Translations under genes and position numbers: made by a program | The notes under the pieces: generated by a model | Told to the model about the DNA's origin: nothing | The model's database searches: none | The model's input: only the letters and a program-made list of their open reading frames with translations | Assembly: GCA_963719505.1 (NCBI GenBank) | Contig: CAVRCF010000005.1 | Span: forward strand, 128,001 to 192,000 | Origin: Halobacteriovoraceae bacterium | GTDB taxonomy: Bacteria; Bdellovibrionota; Bacteriovoracia; Bacteriovoracales; Bacteriovoracaceae | Length of the DNA stretch: 64,000 nt | Reading direction: 5' to 3' | Part shown: piece by piece, positions 1 to 10,800 of the stretch | How positions within the stretch are numbered: position 1 is the stretch's first letter | Layout of the letters: each line of letters opens with the position of its first letter

Positions 1-174
1 CTCCACTTGCATTGCCTTAGATTAACCGCCACAAAGTATATCTATTATCCCAGAGTATCAATTCAATATCTACCTCTTTGCTCAAGAATCACTATATTAA
101 TTTTAGGGGGCCTCTGGAAACTCAAAAGGATAATAGATTCAATAAAAATGCAGAAATATTGGAATTATTTTGGT

Positions 175-199
175 CGCACAAATGGCGCACAAATCGCAC
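175..199. repeat. CGCACAAAT direct repeats (two full copies plus a partial CGCAC) just beyond the tRNA 3' end; possible integrase arm-type sites
   Basis: cgcacaaat at 175-183 and 186-194, cgcac at 195-199. Confidence 0.45.
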
Positions 200-266
200 C
201 TAGTTATTACGGATACTTATGAAGGCGATGATTTTGTGGAAAACTAGGATAAATACTTGAAATAAA

Positions 267-343
267 TGGTAGTGAGAGGCAGATTTGAACTGCCGACCTT
301 CGGGATATGAATCCGATGCTCTAACCAACTGAGCTACCCCACC
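267..343 (-). tRNA. tRNA-Met (CAT), probably elongator
   Basis: Reverse complement GGTGGGGTAGCTCAGTTGGTTAGAGCATCGGATTCATATCCCGAAGGTCGGCAGTTCAAATCTGCCTCTCACTACCA: D arm, CAT anticodon, GGCAG-TTCAAAT-CTGCC T arm, encoded CCA. Confidence 0.93.
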
Positions 344-436
344 ACATTGAAAAACGAGTCCGTGTATATTAATTTGCTAGTCCTGTGATGTCAATAAGTT
401 GTGTACACTTATGTTAAAATTTTTTATGCTCAACAG

Positions 437-1678
437 ATGAAATATCCAACTGGAAAATTATACTTGGCGAAAGTCGAAGAGACAGTAAAAGCCTTTGTTG
501 ATAAGCATGAGCTCATTATGGGCCAAAAAATTATCGTCGCGGTATCAGGTGGAGTCGATTCATTGGCCCTTCTTCATATCCTTCAAAGATGCGGATATTC
601 CACAAAAACCTTATACATAAACCATGGAACCAGAGCATCTCAAAATACAGAACAAAACTTAGTCAAAAAAACCGCTGAACTTCTAGGGGTCAGCTGCGCG
701 ACTTTTAAAATAAAAAATTTGCAGATGAGTAACTTTGAAAATAGTGCAAGAGAACAAAGGCAGAGGATATATGAGTATATGTCTCACGATGGTCATCTTG
801 TAGCCTTGGGTCATCATATTGATGACTCCTTTGAATGGTCGTTGATGCAAAAGTCAAAGTCTTCCAATGTCTTAAGTTCTATAGGAATTCCGGTTAAGAA
901 TAAGCATTTAATTAGACCTTTAATGTGTTTAACCAAAAAGCAAATTAGGCGCTATGCAAAGATTGCGGGAATTAAATCCCTTGAAGACCCAACTAATAAA
1001 GAAAATAGGTTTGAGAGAAATTACTTTCGAAATGAAGTTATACCTCTTATTGCTAAACGCCATCCACAGTATTTAAAGCATTACGTGAATCAACAAAATG
1101 AGCTCGTGAGAATCATGGGCTTAGGCCTAAAGCGTTCAAAGTCTTCATTTAAAATTGATATTAAAAAGGATTCTGTTCTTATTTATTCTTTTGATAAAAA
1201 TAGTGATCTCGATTCTTTAGAGAAACTTATCCTTGAGGGTGTAAAGAGTTTAAGTTCCAAAAAGAGGGGAACTTTAAATATTCAGATTAAAAAAATTAAA
1301 CAAGCATTAGTGAATAATAAAAATGGACCTCTTCTTTTGACAGACGGTGTTCACGCCTTTGTTTCCACCAATGCTATTTTACTTAGTAAGAAAAAGTCTC
1401 GAAAGCCTTTAGGCAAAAAGTCCTATAAAAATCTGGATCTGGATGGATTTAAATATCTTTTGAAATCAAAAATTTCTCAACATGAGAATTTTCCGCACTG
1501 GGTAGAGCTTGATGAGTTCACTCGGGTAGTAACGGTAAATAAACGCGTCTATCCCTATAATAAAGATCAATCAGTTGATTTAATACACAGGCAAGTACCA
1601 CATCAAAATGCTTTTAAATTATTGTTGCAATGGGACACAGATAAAAATCGTGGGAAAATGCTAGATCTTACTTTTTAA
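437..1678 (+). CDS. tilS: tRNA(Ile)-lysidine synthetase (start uncertain; ORF open from 401)
   Basis: PP-loop SGGVDS, GHHxDD, IRPL, EDPTN, RNxxR motifs; tilS-ftsH synteny. Confidence 0.9.
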   Translation: MKYPTGKLYLAKVEETVKAFVDKHELIMGQKIIVAVSGGVDSLALLHILQRCGYSTKTLYINHGTRASQNTEQNLVKKTAELLGVSCATFKIKNLQMSNFENSAREQRQRIYEYMSHDGHLVALGHHIDDSFEWSLMQKSKSSNVLSSIGIPVKNKHLIRPLMCLTKKQIRRYAKIAGIKSLEDPTNKENRFERNYFRNEVIPLIAKRHPQYLKHYVNQQNELVRIMGLGLKRSKSSFKIDIKKDSVLIYSFDKNSDLDSLEKLILEGVKSLSSKKRGTLNIQIKKIKQALVNNKNGPLLLTDGVHAFVSTNAILLSKKKSRKPLGKKSYKNLDLDGFKYLLKSKISQHENFPHWVELDEFTRVVTVNKRVYPYNKDQSVDLIHRQVPHQNAFKLLLQWDTDKNRGKMLDLTF

Positions 1679-1759
1679 CTCAATACCGTGCTTGCACAAC
1701 AGACTTATTCCCTTTAAAATTATCTGGTTACAAATGTTGTTACAGTCTAAGGAAAGAAA

Positions 1760-3679
1760 ATGAAAAAACAGCAAAAAACATTGGCCTTGTGGATCGTCGT
1801 TATTTTAGCTTTTGCTTTTATCGCGAAGGTCTTTGATGAAAGAGCGCCAATTGCTAAACCAATAGAATACTCTGACTTTATCAATGCGGTTGAACAAGAT
1901 CGCGTTCAAAGTGTCACTTTTAAAGGGACCAATACAATTGAAGGTCAGTTCGTCGATGGATATGAAAAAGGAAAAGCCTTCTCATTAACTGGTAATACAG
2001 GGGATGAGACTTTTAAGATTTTAAGAGATAAAGGAATTATTCCTAATTATAAAAAAGAAGAGAAACAAAGTTTTCTAAGCACATTGTTTATCAACTGGTT
2101 TCCAATGATTCTTCTTTTTGTGATCTTCTTTTTCTTTTTAAGACAGCTTCAATCCGGTGGCGGAAAGGCCATGAGTTTTGGAAAGTCAAAAGCAAAAATG
2201 CTCAATGAAAATGATAAGAAAGTGACTTTTATTGACGTCTCTGGTGTTGAAGAAGCAAAAGAGGAGTTAGTTGAGGTTGTCGATTTCTTAAAAGATCCAA
2301 GAAAATATACAAAGCTTGGTGGTAAAATTCCTAAAGGTGTTTTACTTGTCGGTCCTCCGGGAACGGGGAAGACTTTATTGGCAAGAGCTGTTGCCGGAGA
2401 GGCAGGAGTTCCATTTTTCTCAATCTCTGGTTCGGACTTTGTGGAAATGTTTGTCGGTGTTGGGGCTTCAAGAGTAAGAGATCTCTTTGAGCAAGGAAAG
2501 AAGAACGCTCCTTGTATTATCTTTATCGATGAGATCGATGCTGTTGGTCGCCACAGAGGTGGTGGAACCGGTGGTGGACACGATGAAAGAGAGCAAACTC
2601 TCAACCAGATGCTCGTTGAGATGGATGGTTTTGAATCGAATGAAGGGGTCATTATTATGGCCGCAACCAACAGAGTTGATGTTCTCGATCCAGCTCTTTT
2701 AAGACCAGGTCGTTTTGATAGAAGAGTAACAGTTGGACGCCCAGATGTTCGAGGAAGACTTGGTATTTTAAAAGTTCACACAAGAAAAACTCCGATGTCA
2801 GATAAAGTAGATTTAGAAGTGATTGCAAAAGGTACTCCAGGATTTACTGGTGCTGACCTGGCAAACCTTGTTAACGAAGCTGCTCTACTAGCGGCCAGAG
2901 AAAATAAAACTCAACTAGAGACTATTGATTTTGAAAACGCTAAAGATAAAGTTCTTATGGGTGTTGCTAGAAAATCAATGGTGATCTCAGATGTTGAAAA
3001 AAGAAATACAGCTTTTCACGAAATTGGTCACGCACTGGTTGGGCTTAAACTTCCAACTTGTGATCCTATTCATAAGGTCTCTATTATTCCTCGAGGAGGA
3101 GCACTAGGGGTTACTGTTTCTCTTCCAGCGGAAGATAGGCTGAGTATCTCTAAAAAGCGTGCCAATAATGAAATTGCCATGATGTTAGGGGGAAGACTCG
3201 CAGAAGAACTCATTTTCAGTGACTACACAGCGGGTGCTTCAAATGATATTGAAAGAGCGACACAGATGGCCCGCAGAATGGTTTGTAACTGGGGAATGAG
3301 TGATAAGCTTGGAACGGTGAATTTCACTAATAACCCTCATACACCTTTTGGTTATGGGCAAGGAGCTGATAACTCTTCTTACTCTGAAGAGACAGCAAGA
3401 ATGATCGATGAAGAAGTGTCGATGATTATTAGAAGTAATTATGAGGTCGCAAAACAGATTCTTCAAGATAACCAAGACACTTTAGTTAAATTATCTGAGG
3501 CGCTCATTGTGTGGGAAACCTTAGACGGTGCTCAAATTAATGAGATTATCGCCGGTAAAGATATTGGTCTGCCATCAATGACTGATGTAGAAGCTAAAAA
3601 TGCTGAAGAAATAAAAGAAGAGAAGAAAGAATCAAGTGATAAGGGACCTGCAATAGATCCCACGCCAACTCCCGCATAA
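1760..3679 (+). CDS. ftsH: ATP-dependent zinc metalloprotease FtsH
   Basis: Two TM segments, GPPGTGKT Walker A, IDEIDA Walker B, RPGRFDR, HEIGH zinc motif. Confidence 0.98.
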   Translation: MKKQQKTLALWIVVILAFAFIAKVFDERAPIAKPIEYSDFINAVEQDRVQSVTFKGTNTIEGQFVDGYEKGKAFSLTGNTGDETFKILRDKGIIPNYKKEEKQSFLSTLFINWFPMILLFVIFFFFLRQLQSGGGKAMSFGKSKAKMLNENDKKVTFIDVSGVEEAKEELVEVVDFLKDPRKYTKLGGKIPKGVLLVGPPGTGKTLLARAVAGEAGVPFFSISGSDFVEMFVGVGASRVRDLFEQGKKNAPCIIFIDEIDAVGRHRGGGTGGGHDEREQTLNQMLVEMDGFESNEGVIIMAATNRVDVLDPALLRPGRFDRRVTVGRPDVRGRLGILKVHTRKTPMSDKVDLEVIAKGTPGFTGADLANLVNEAALLAARENKTQLETIDFENAKDKVLMGVARKSMVISDVEKRNTAFHEIGHALVGLKLPTCDPIHKVSIIPRGGALGVTVSLPAEDRLSISKKRANNEIAMMLGGRLAEELIFSDYTAGASNDIERATQMARRMVCNWGMSDKLGTVNFTNNPHTPFGYGQGADNSSYSEETARMIDEEVSMIIRSNYEVAKQILQDNQDTLVKLSEALIVWETLDGAQINEIIAGKDIGLPSMTDVEAKNAEEIKEEKKESSDKGPAIDPTPTPA

Positions 3680-4546
3680 ATGAAAACATTAAAAAGTATG
3701 GGGGTAATTAATATTACCCCTAACTCTTTTTCAGACGGTAACCTTTATAATTCAACTCAATCCTTTCAAAAAAAAATTAAGTCTCAAAAAAATTGGGCCG
3801 ATATTATTGATATAGGTGCTGAAAGTACGGCTCCAAAAAATTCAGCTATCTCGGCTTTGGATGAATTCAAACGCTTTGAGCAAACTCTTCTTCCCTTTGT
3901 TCAAAATCATAAGCCTCTATCAACAATCTCTATTGATACTTATAAACCAGAAGTTTTTTATGAGGTTTACCACCTGATAAAGTCTTATTGGCCAAAGACG
4001 AAAATTATTTTTAATGATGTATCGGGAGTTCTCGATGACGATCTTTATTCTCTTTTTGGTGACAAAAAAATGAAATTTGACTACGTCCTTTGCCACAATA
4101 GGGTCAAGGATAGAGGTGATGTGCAAAATCACAGTAAACGCATCTTTAAAGGCACAGATGATGAGCTTTTAGTTGAGATGATTATCTTTTTTAAAAAGGC
4201 CATCGATAAACTCTCTTTTTCAAAAAGAAAAATTATTGTGGATCCTTGTTTTGGTTTTGCTAAGTCTCGCACGCAAAACCAATTTCTTTTAAAAAATATC
4301 AATAAGCTCATCTCCAGTCTTCCTATTGAGAATGCATTTCTATACGGCATTAGCCGCAAATCCTTTTTAAGATTCCCAAAAGAGATGGATGCCAAAACGG
4401 TTGAGAATCAAATGATACTCGATCAGATGCAAGCTATTCTTATTCATAAATTGATTCAACAAAATCATCGTCGCGAGTTTATTTTTAGGCTTCATTCTCA
4501 GGAGAGTCTAATTAGTGCTTTAAATATCGAAAAAATTCTACAATAA
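3680..4546 (+). CDS. folP: Dihydropteroate synthase (divergent)
   Basis: NITPNSFSDG, DIGAEST, SIDT, DPCFGF, SRKSF; ftsH-folP synteny. Confidence 0.85.
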   Translation: MKTLKSMGVINITPNSFSDGNLYNSTQSFQKKIKSQKNWADIIDIGAESTAPKNSAISALDEFKRFEQTLLPFVQNHKPLSTISIDTYKPEVFYEVYHLIKSYWPKTKIIFNDVSGVLDDDLYSLFGDKKMKFDYVLCHNRVKDRGDVQNHSKRIFKGTDDELLVEMIIFFKKAIDKLSFSKRKIIVDPCFGFAKSRTQNQFLLKNINKLISSLPIENAFLYGISRKSFLRFPKEMDAKTVENQMILDQMQAILIHKLIQQNHRREFIFRLHSQESLISALNIEKILQ

Positions 4547-4553
4547 TCTGAAG

Positions 4554-4955
4554 ATGAATATTCGTCTCAATAAAATCATGGTTGCCACCAAGGATAGAGT
4601 GAAAAGTTTTAACTTTTTCTCCTTTGTGTTTGATGCTGATATTGAGACAGATAGTGAAGGGGTAGAGTATCTGGTTCTAGACTCGGTGAGGCTGTACTTT
4701 GATGAATCTATGAAAGTCTCCACAAAGTACTACAGTTTCATTTTTAGCCTCACAACAGCTCAGGACTTTATCTACTTTAAGCAAAAACTTAAGCTTGCCT
4801 ATTATAAAGACGCTATGAAGTCTAAAATCACCAAAGAGAGTGAAACATTTGTTGAGTTTAAAGATCCCTCCGGTAATCTTTGGCGCACCGAGGTGCAAAT
4901 ACCTCGAATAAAGGCAAATTATCCCGCAGAAGCCAGCAATGTAAGAAACTTTTAG
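4554..4955 (+). CDS. Hypothetical protein, possibly VOC/glyoxalase fold
   Basis: 133-aa ORF; C-terminal FKDPSGNLW resembles the VOC DPxGN motif. Confidence 0.5.
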   Translation: MNIRLNKIMVATKDRVKSFNFFSFVFDADIETDSEGVEYLVLDSVRLYFDESMKVSTKYYSFIFSLTTAQDFIYFKQKLKLAYYKDAMKSKITKESETFVEFKDPSGNLWRTEVQIPRIKANYPAEASNVRNF

Positions 4956-5016
4956 TTCTCACACCCTGATTATATATCTAGACTATAAAGTACAAATCAA
5001 ACATCAAGGATGAAAT

Positions 5017-6354
5017 ATGAAAAAATTATTATTAGGCGCAATGATTGCAACTAGTTTCAGTGCCACAGCAGCGACGATTGCTGTCATCGACTCTGGAACG
5101 GACGTAGAGCATGTAGATTTTCAAGATAAGATCTGGACCAACGCTAAAGAGATAGCAGATAACGGTAGAGATGAAGACGGAAATGGATATCAAGATGATG
5201 TTTATGGATGGAATTTTGCTGAGCAAAATAATCTTGTTATGGATAGAAGTTATTTAGGGACTTTCTCAAATGACCCTTATAAGTTTTTCGACATTCAAGG
5301 AAAGTCTTTCTTAGGTGAAGCAACTGAAGAAGAGATTGCTTGGGTAAATGAGAAAAGAAAAGATCCAGACTTTATTAAAGAGATGGGAATTTTTGGAAAC
5401 TTTGTTCACGGAACACATGTTGCTGGTATTACAGTTAAAGATGTTACTGATGCTAAGATTCTAACGATTAAGCTCATCCCTACAGAAGTAAAACTTCCTG
5501 GAAGCAAAAAATACAAGACAATGGATGAAGGTGGTCGTGAGAGAGCTCTTCATGCAGCTTTAGATGCTTTTGCTAAATTACAAATGACAATGATTGAAGA
5601 AGCTTTCTACTATGTTGGTCAACACAAAGCAGATATTGCCAATGGATCTTTCGGAACTGGTCGTGACCAAATTAGAGCGATTACAGATGTCATGTATAGA
5701 GTAATCTTCTTCAAAAAACCAACAGAAGAGCAGTCTATTAAAACGGCTAATTATATGATGAATAGCTTAATTAAGTATGGACAGAAAGCGGTTGCTGCTG
5801 CTCCTAATACGCTTTTCGTTTTCGCTGCTGGTAACTCAGGTCTAAATAATGATGAGATTCCAACGAGTCCAACAAACGTTCAGGCAGATAATGTTATCTC
5901 TGTTGCTGCAACTTATAAGTATAACTTTATTGCACCATTTTCTAACTATGGATCAAAGATGGTTGATGTAGCGGCTCCAGGGATGCTTATTAATTCTCAA
6001 ATTCCTGGAAATGAGTATTTAAAAGTTTCTGGAACGTCTCAAGCGGCTCCTTATGTTGCAAGAATTGCTGGGCAAATAAAAGATTCAAATAAGAACCTAA
6101 CACCTAAGCAAATCAAAGAAATCATTATGGGAACTGTTGATAAAAAAGACTTCCTTGATATGAAAGTAAAAACTAACGGAATTGTTAACCTTAATAGAGC
6201 TGTTCATGCTGCAAAGTTAAGTTTAACGATGAATGTTGGTGATGCTATTCAAGCATCAAATGTAAGTGTTGCTGACGTACAAGTTTTTGAGGAAAAAACT
6301 TTCTTTAATCCTGAGCTTATTACGCCAATTCCATTGCCATCACTTTTCAAGTAA
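5017..6354 (+). CDS. Secreted S8 family (subtilisin-like) serine protease
   Basis: Signal peptide; VIDSG, HGTHVAG, AAGN, SGTSQA catalytic motifs. Confidence 0.95.
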   Translation: MKKLLLGAMIATSFSATAATIAVIDSGTDVEHVDFQDKIWTNAKEIADNGRDEDGNGYQDDVYGWNFAEQNNLVMDRSYLGTFSNDPYKFFDIQGKSFLGEATEEEIAWVNEKRKDPDFIKEMGIFGNFVHGTHVAGITVKDVTDAKILTIKLIPTEVKLPGSKKYKTMDEGGRERALHAALDAFAKLQMTMIEEAFYYVGQHKADIANGSFGTGRDQIRAITDVMYRVIFFKKPTEEQSIKTANYMMNSLIKYGQKAVAAAPNTLFVFAAGNSGLNNDEIPTSPTNVQADNVISVAATYKYNFIAPFSNYGSKMVDVAAPGMLINSQIPGNEYLKVSGTSQAAPYVARIAGQIKDSNKNLTPKQIKEIIMGTVDKKDFLDMKVKTNGIVNLNRAVHAAKLSLTMNVGDAIQASNVSVADVQVFEEKTFFNPELITPIPLPSLFK

Positions 6355-6383
6355 CTTAAACTATATAGATATAGTAATTTTCT

Positions 6384-6412
6384 AGCCGTGCATTTATGCG
6401 CGGCTTTTTTTT
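6384..6412 (+). terminator. Rho-independent terminator
   Basis: agccgtgcat-tt-atgcgcggct hairpin followed by a T run. Confidence 0.8.
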
Positions 6413-6439
6413 ATCCACTTCAAATAAGGACAGAATATT

Positions 6440-7819
6440 ATGGATGGTTTCATGAAAAGTTTAGAGGTTTTGACCGGCGAGTTCGTTGGGGCAGTATGGG
6501 GTTTGCCACTAGTAGGGTTACTCGTAGGTGCCGGTATCATATTTTCTTTTTTCTTTGGCTTCCCACAATTAAGTCTGTTTAAACATGCTATAGATATCGT
6601 TAGGGGAAAGTATGACAACCCTGATGATCCAGGTGAAATTTCTCACTTCCAGGCACTAACGACTGCTCTGTCTGCAACAGTTGGTCTTGGTAATATTGCC
6701 GGAGTTGCCGTTGCGGTTGCCGCTGGTGGACCTGGAGCGGTTTTTTGGCTTTGGGTTGCGGGCTTCATTGGAATGACGACCAAATTTACTGAGGTCACAC
6801 TTTCATTAAACTATAGAGAAGTTAGAGAAGATGGTTCAGTTCACGGTGGACCGATGTACGTTATAAAAAATGCACTTTCTTCCAAGTTTGCTTTTCTTGG
6901 TTGGCTCTATGCTTTTTTTGTTATTCTCTCTTCTTTTGGTGCTGGAAACATGTTTCAGTCTAACCAAATGGCGTCAATTATTAATACCTCAGCAGGTGTT
7001 CCAGAGTGGATATCGGGTTTAGTTTTTGCTCTTTTGGCCTTTATTGTTCTTATTGGTGGTATTAAAAGAATTGCTCAAGTAACTGAGAAGTTAGTTCCAG
7101 CGATGGTTGTTCTCTACGTTGGTGGGGCACTGTTTGTCGTTTTTTATAATTATTCAAATATTGGAAATATGTTTGCCCTTATTTTTGAATCAGCATTTTC
7201 TGGTACTGCCGCTGCTGGTGCATTTTCAGGTGTTGTTGTAAAAGAGGTTATTATTCAGGGTATTCGTCGTGCAACGTTCTCAAGTGAGGCGGGTATGGGA
7301 TCTGCAGCAATGGCTCACGCCGCTGCTAAATCAACTCCTATTCAAGAAGGGATTGTTGCTCTTTTAGAACCATTTATTGATACAATTGTTGTTTGTACGA
7401 TTACAGCTCTTGCCATTTTAAGTTCAGATGCTTGGATGAATAGTTCAGCGGCTGGAGTTGATTTAACGGCTGCAGCTTTTTCTTCAGCTATGGGTCCTCT
7501 TGGGGCATGGATTGTTACTATTACTGTTACGATGTTTGCTTTCTCAACTCTTATCTCATGGTCTTATTATGGTGAACAAGGTGTGACTTTTATCTTTGGT
7601 GATAAAGGTATTTTTACTTATAGAATCATCTTTTGTGTTTTCGTTTTCCTTGGATCGATTGCTAATCTTCCCGTTGTTCTCAATATCTCGGATGGAGTTT
7701 ATGGACTTTTGGCCATTCCAAACATGATTGCTTGTTTTATGCTTCTGCCTAAAGTGAAGGAGCTTCTTGTCGACTACAGGAAACAACTTAAGTCTGGTGA
7801 AATTAAAGCTTTTAAATAA
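6440..7819 (+). CDS. Alanine/glycine:cation symporter (AGCS family)
   Basis: ATVGLGNIAGVA, GGPGAVFW, GGPMY, FSSEAGMGS, SWSYYGE. Confidence 0.95.
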   Translation: MDGFMKSLEVLTGEFVGAVWGLPLVGLLVGAGIIFSFFFGFPQLSLFKHAIDIVRGKYDNPDDPGEISHFQALTTALSATVGLGNIAGVAVAVAAGGPGAVFWLWVAGFIGMTTKFTEVTLSLNYREVREDGSVHGGPMYVIKNALSSKFAFLGWLYAFFVILSSFGAGNMFQSNQMASIINTSAGVPEWISGLVFALLAFIVLIGGIKRIAQVTEKLVPAMVVLYVGGALFVVFYNYSNIGNMFALIFESAFSGTAAAGAFSGVVVKEVIIQGIRRATFSSEAGMGSAAMAHAAAKSTPIQEGIVALLEPFIDTIVVCTITALAILSSDAWMNSSAAGVDLTAAAFSSAMGPLGAWIVTITVTMFAFSTLISWSYYGEQGVTFIFGDKGIFTYRIIFCVFVFLGSIANLPVVLNISDGVYGLLAIPNMIACFMLLPKVKELLVDYRKQLKSGEIKAFK

Positions 7820-7827
7820 TTAAAACT

Positions 7828-7858
7828 AAGCCTCTCTATTTTGGAGAGGCTTTTTTTT
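7828..7858 (+). terminator. Terminator between convergent genes
   Basis: aagcctctc-tattttg-gagaggctt followed by a T tract. Confidence 0.85.
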
Positions 7859-10800
7859 ACTCTCTTTCTAGAGCAGGACTTCTGACTCTTTCATCACTTT
7901 CATTTCCCCAGAAAAAATCATTCCCAAGACTAGATATATCTTCAGTTATTCTATCTCTTATCGTCTCGTTGCTATTATATTTATGTCCCATAAGGATGCC
8001 TTCAACATTTCGATCCATATGACTTTTATACAAGTTTGCTTTAAAGAACTCTACTGTTTGATCCAAGGTATACGATGGCTTTTTAAAGAGCCTCGCAAGT
8101 TTAAGGGCCTCTCGATCGACATTTTCATCGTAATTCCTATAACCATTCGTAATTTTATCCACACTTTGATTTAGTTTATCCATCACTGTTTGTTGACTAA
8201 ACTCATTATCCATTCGTGGTGGATAGTCACCTTTGTCGACCGTTGCTAGAACAGCATCATTGATTACCGAATGAATCATTATATTTCTATTTGATTTTGG
8301 TATTCTCTCCCAATCAATAAGGTTTTCTATGTTTTTTGCGTCACTAAAGTAGGTTTCAGCGGCTTTCTTTCCGGCATTACTACCAAAGGTGATGCTTCCC
8401 CAAAGAAATTTCTTTCCTCTAGTCGCTTGCTCAAATGTTTGTTCAATCGCTGAGACTCCAAAATTTCCTAAGACTTGAATCTTCACAAAATGATCGGCAA
8501 AGTCTTTGTCATTGAAGACTTGGTTGATGAGAACTTTTGAGAGCTCTTTTTTAACCTTTTCAGAAGAACTTAAAAGTGCATCGATATTAGCATGCGCATA
8601 CTTCATCACCTCACCATCAGAGAAGAGGGTAGAGTAAAGTTTCTTAGATTCTAAGTTCTTATCTAAAAGCTCTTGCATTGATGTTATCATTTTATTAGCG
8701 TGCACAAGCTTAATATCTTTATAAGGGTTTTGAATGGACTTAAGTTTATCTTTTAAATTGTCCATAATACCATTTTCAAACTCAGCTTTAAATAAAGTCT
8801 GTATCTGACCTTTAATAATAAGGTCGTAAAAGCGTGACTTTTGAAACTGCTGGTTATTTGAAAACCTTTGAATGTTTTGACACTCTTCTTTTATCTCACT
8901 CATTTTATCACTATAAGTTTGTCTTCCTTGTTCTCGATAGAGGTTTATTCCAATTTTTAAATAATCAGCGAGCTTTGTCATTGACAGTGGTTCGCTATCT
9001 GGGCTTTGATCTGTTTGAGTTATCTTGTAAAGTCCAAAAAGACAGGCTTTATCAAAAGATGAGCTAAAGCCTTGATCGTTGACCTTTGCTAGAAGATTTT
9101 TATGAATAACACCTACAGTTCTTTGTTCTAGGTTGGCAGTAGCATCATCTAAAAAGGCGTCAACTGTTTTACCTTCTTTGAGGTGAGTTTTTAAAGCTTC
9201 TCTAAAAATATAGTGCGTTCTTTTATCAGGGTTGAGATCAGAAGGCAGGTTAACCGAATACTTCTCTTTTAATTGATTGGCCTTAAGACTTAATATATTG
9301 AAAACCTCAGTTCGACTGTTAAAGAACTGATTCTCTACTAAAGGATCAAGAGCGGCTATAGCTTCTTTTATAACGACATTTGATATGACTAAAGAGGTGG
9401 CCTCTTGTTCGCATTTATTTTGAAGTTTTGTTAGACCATCGTTTTCATTAAAGGCCAAAAAGCTCGTCCACGGTTGTTGAGTTCCCATTTGAGTGAATTC
9501 GCGTGAGAAGCATTCTTTTATTTCATTTTGAACTAATGGTCTCTGATCTTTTAAATAGTTCTTATCTTTAACCTTCTCAAGATTTGACTGGATACTTTTG
9601 TCAAATTCAAGTCCCGCAATAATATAACTTGAGTCTGCGATAGCAGTTTGAATACAGCTATAGAAAGCGGGATTTCGATCGAGGTACGTTTTTGTTTGTT
9701 CCGCAGTATTAATAGGGTAGCGAGAAGTTGAATTTTGAATATCTGTAAAAGATGAAGTTACACTTGTATTTGTACAGGCCTTAAATTCCTTAATAATCAG
9801 ATTGAGATCGGCGCGTTCTTGTGAGTTGTTATCTTTCAAGCTTTTTTCAATAACCATTGACGCCGCTTTCATTTCAATTGAAGGCGTACAAAGGGTAGCA
9901 TCTTTTGTGCCTTGTTGTGAGTCCATGCAAGGAGTGTAGGCATCAGTCAAAATTTTCTCTGTTATTGCTGTCAGCTGATTTGATCGAGCGATACCGTATT
10001 GATCGATTGTTGTAGAGCCTTCATTGTATGAATCTTTCAATGTTTTATTATTTAAAAGAATCAAAGAGACAAATTTTCTTGAAACGTTCTCTTGAGCAAA
10101 ATCACCACATTGACCAATATACTTTTCATAAGCGGTGGGATCAATTTTTCTAAGAGCACTTGGATCATTCAAAATAGAGTTGGATGATTCAAGCTTTTTA
10201 TTGAGACAACTGGTCAGATCATTCCACGTTCCTTCTTTTAAAGAGGTCGCCATTTTATCTGTCATTTCAAAATCTTTTTTAAAGACTTCTTTTTGATCTT
10301 CAATTAGTTTTTCAAGGTAGGGCTTTATACTGGTGGTGATCGATTGGACGACACATCCTTGAACCCTTTGAGTATCGGTTGCTGAGTCATCCTCAGACAG
10401 AAAATTTACCTGAGTACCACAAGAGTTTTCAGGACACTTTTCGGGGTGTTTTTGACAGAAATTATTCTTTAGACTGGCTCTGTAGTGGATTTTGTCTTTT
10501 AGTCCTATAAAGCTTTGATTGAGTCCAGAATAGTTTATCTCACTTGCCAGACATTTTTTATAGTTTTCAACTGCTTTTGGAATCAAAGTATCATTGGTAA
10601 ATCTCTCTTTTTCAGAAGGGGTCCACGTCTTTGGTAAACGGTCAGAAAAACTATTGGCCACAATGAGGGGGAGAACTTTCTGTCCTATTTCAATCGGGGC
10701 TTCCACTGAGTAAACAAGACTTACATATTGAGTGAGATCATCTGTTTTTATACTTTCTAATTCCTGATAGCTTTCAAGGCCTTCTAAAAACTGATCCGTC

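Noticed and set aside
7-222. 71-aa ORF at the window start
   Set aside because: TTG start, no motif, and it runs across the putative att-arm repeats.
267-1678. CAT-anticodon tRNA divergent from tilS as the TilS substrate tRNA-Ile2
   Set aside because: The acceptor stem (G4, G5) and overall sequence look like elongator tRNA-Met, not the C4-C5 pattern usual for Ile2. tRNAscan-SE isotype models would settle it.
2149-2670. 173-aa antisense ORF in ftsH and the many other short antisense or nested ORFs in the track
   Set aside because: They are shadow frames of well-supported genes, with no motif support.
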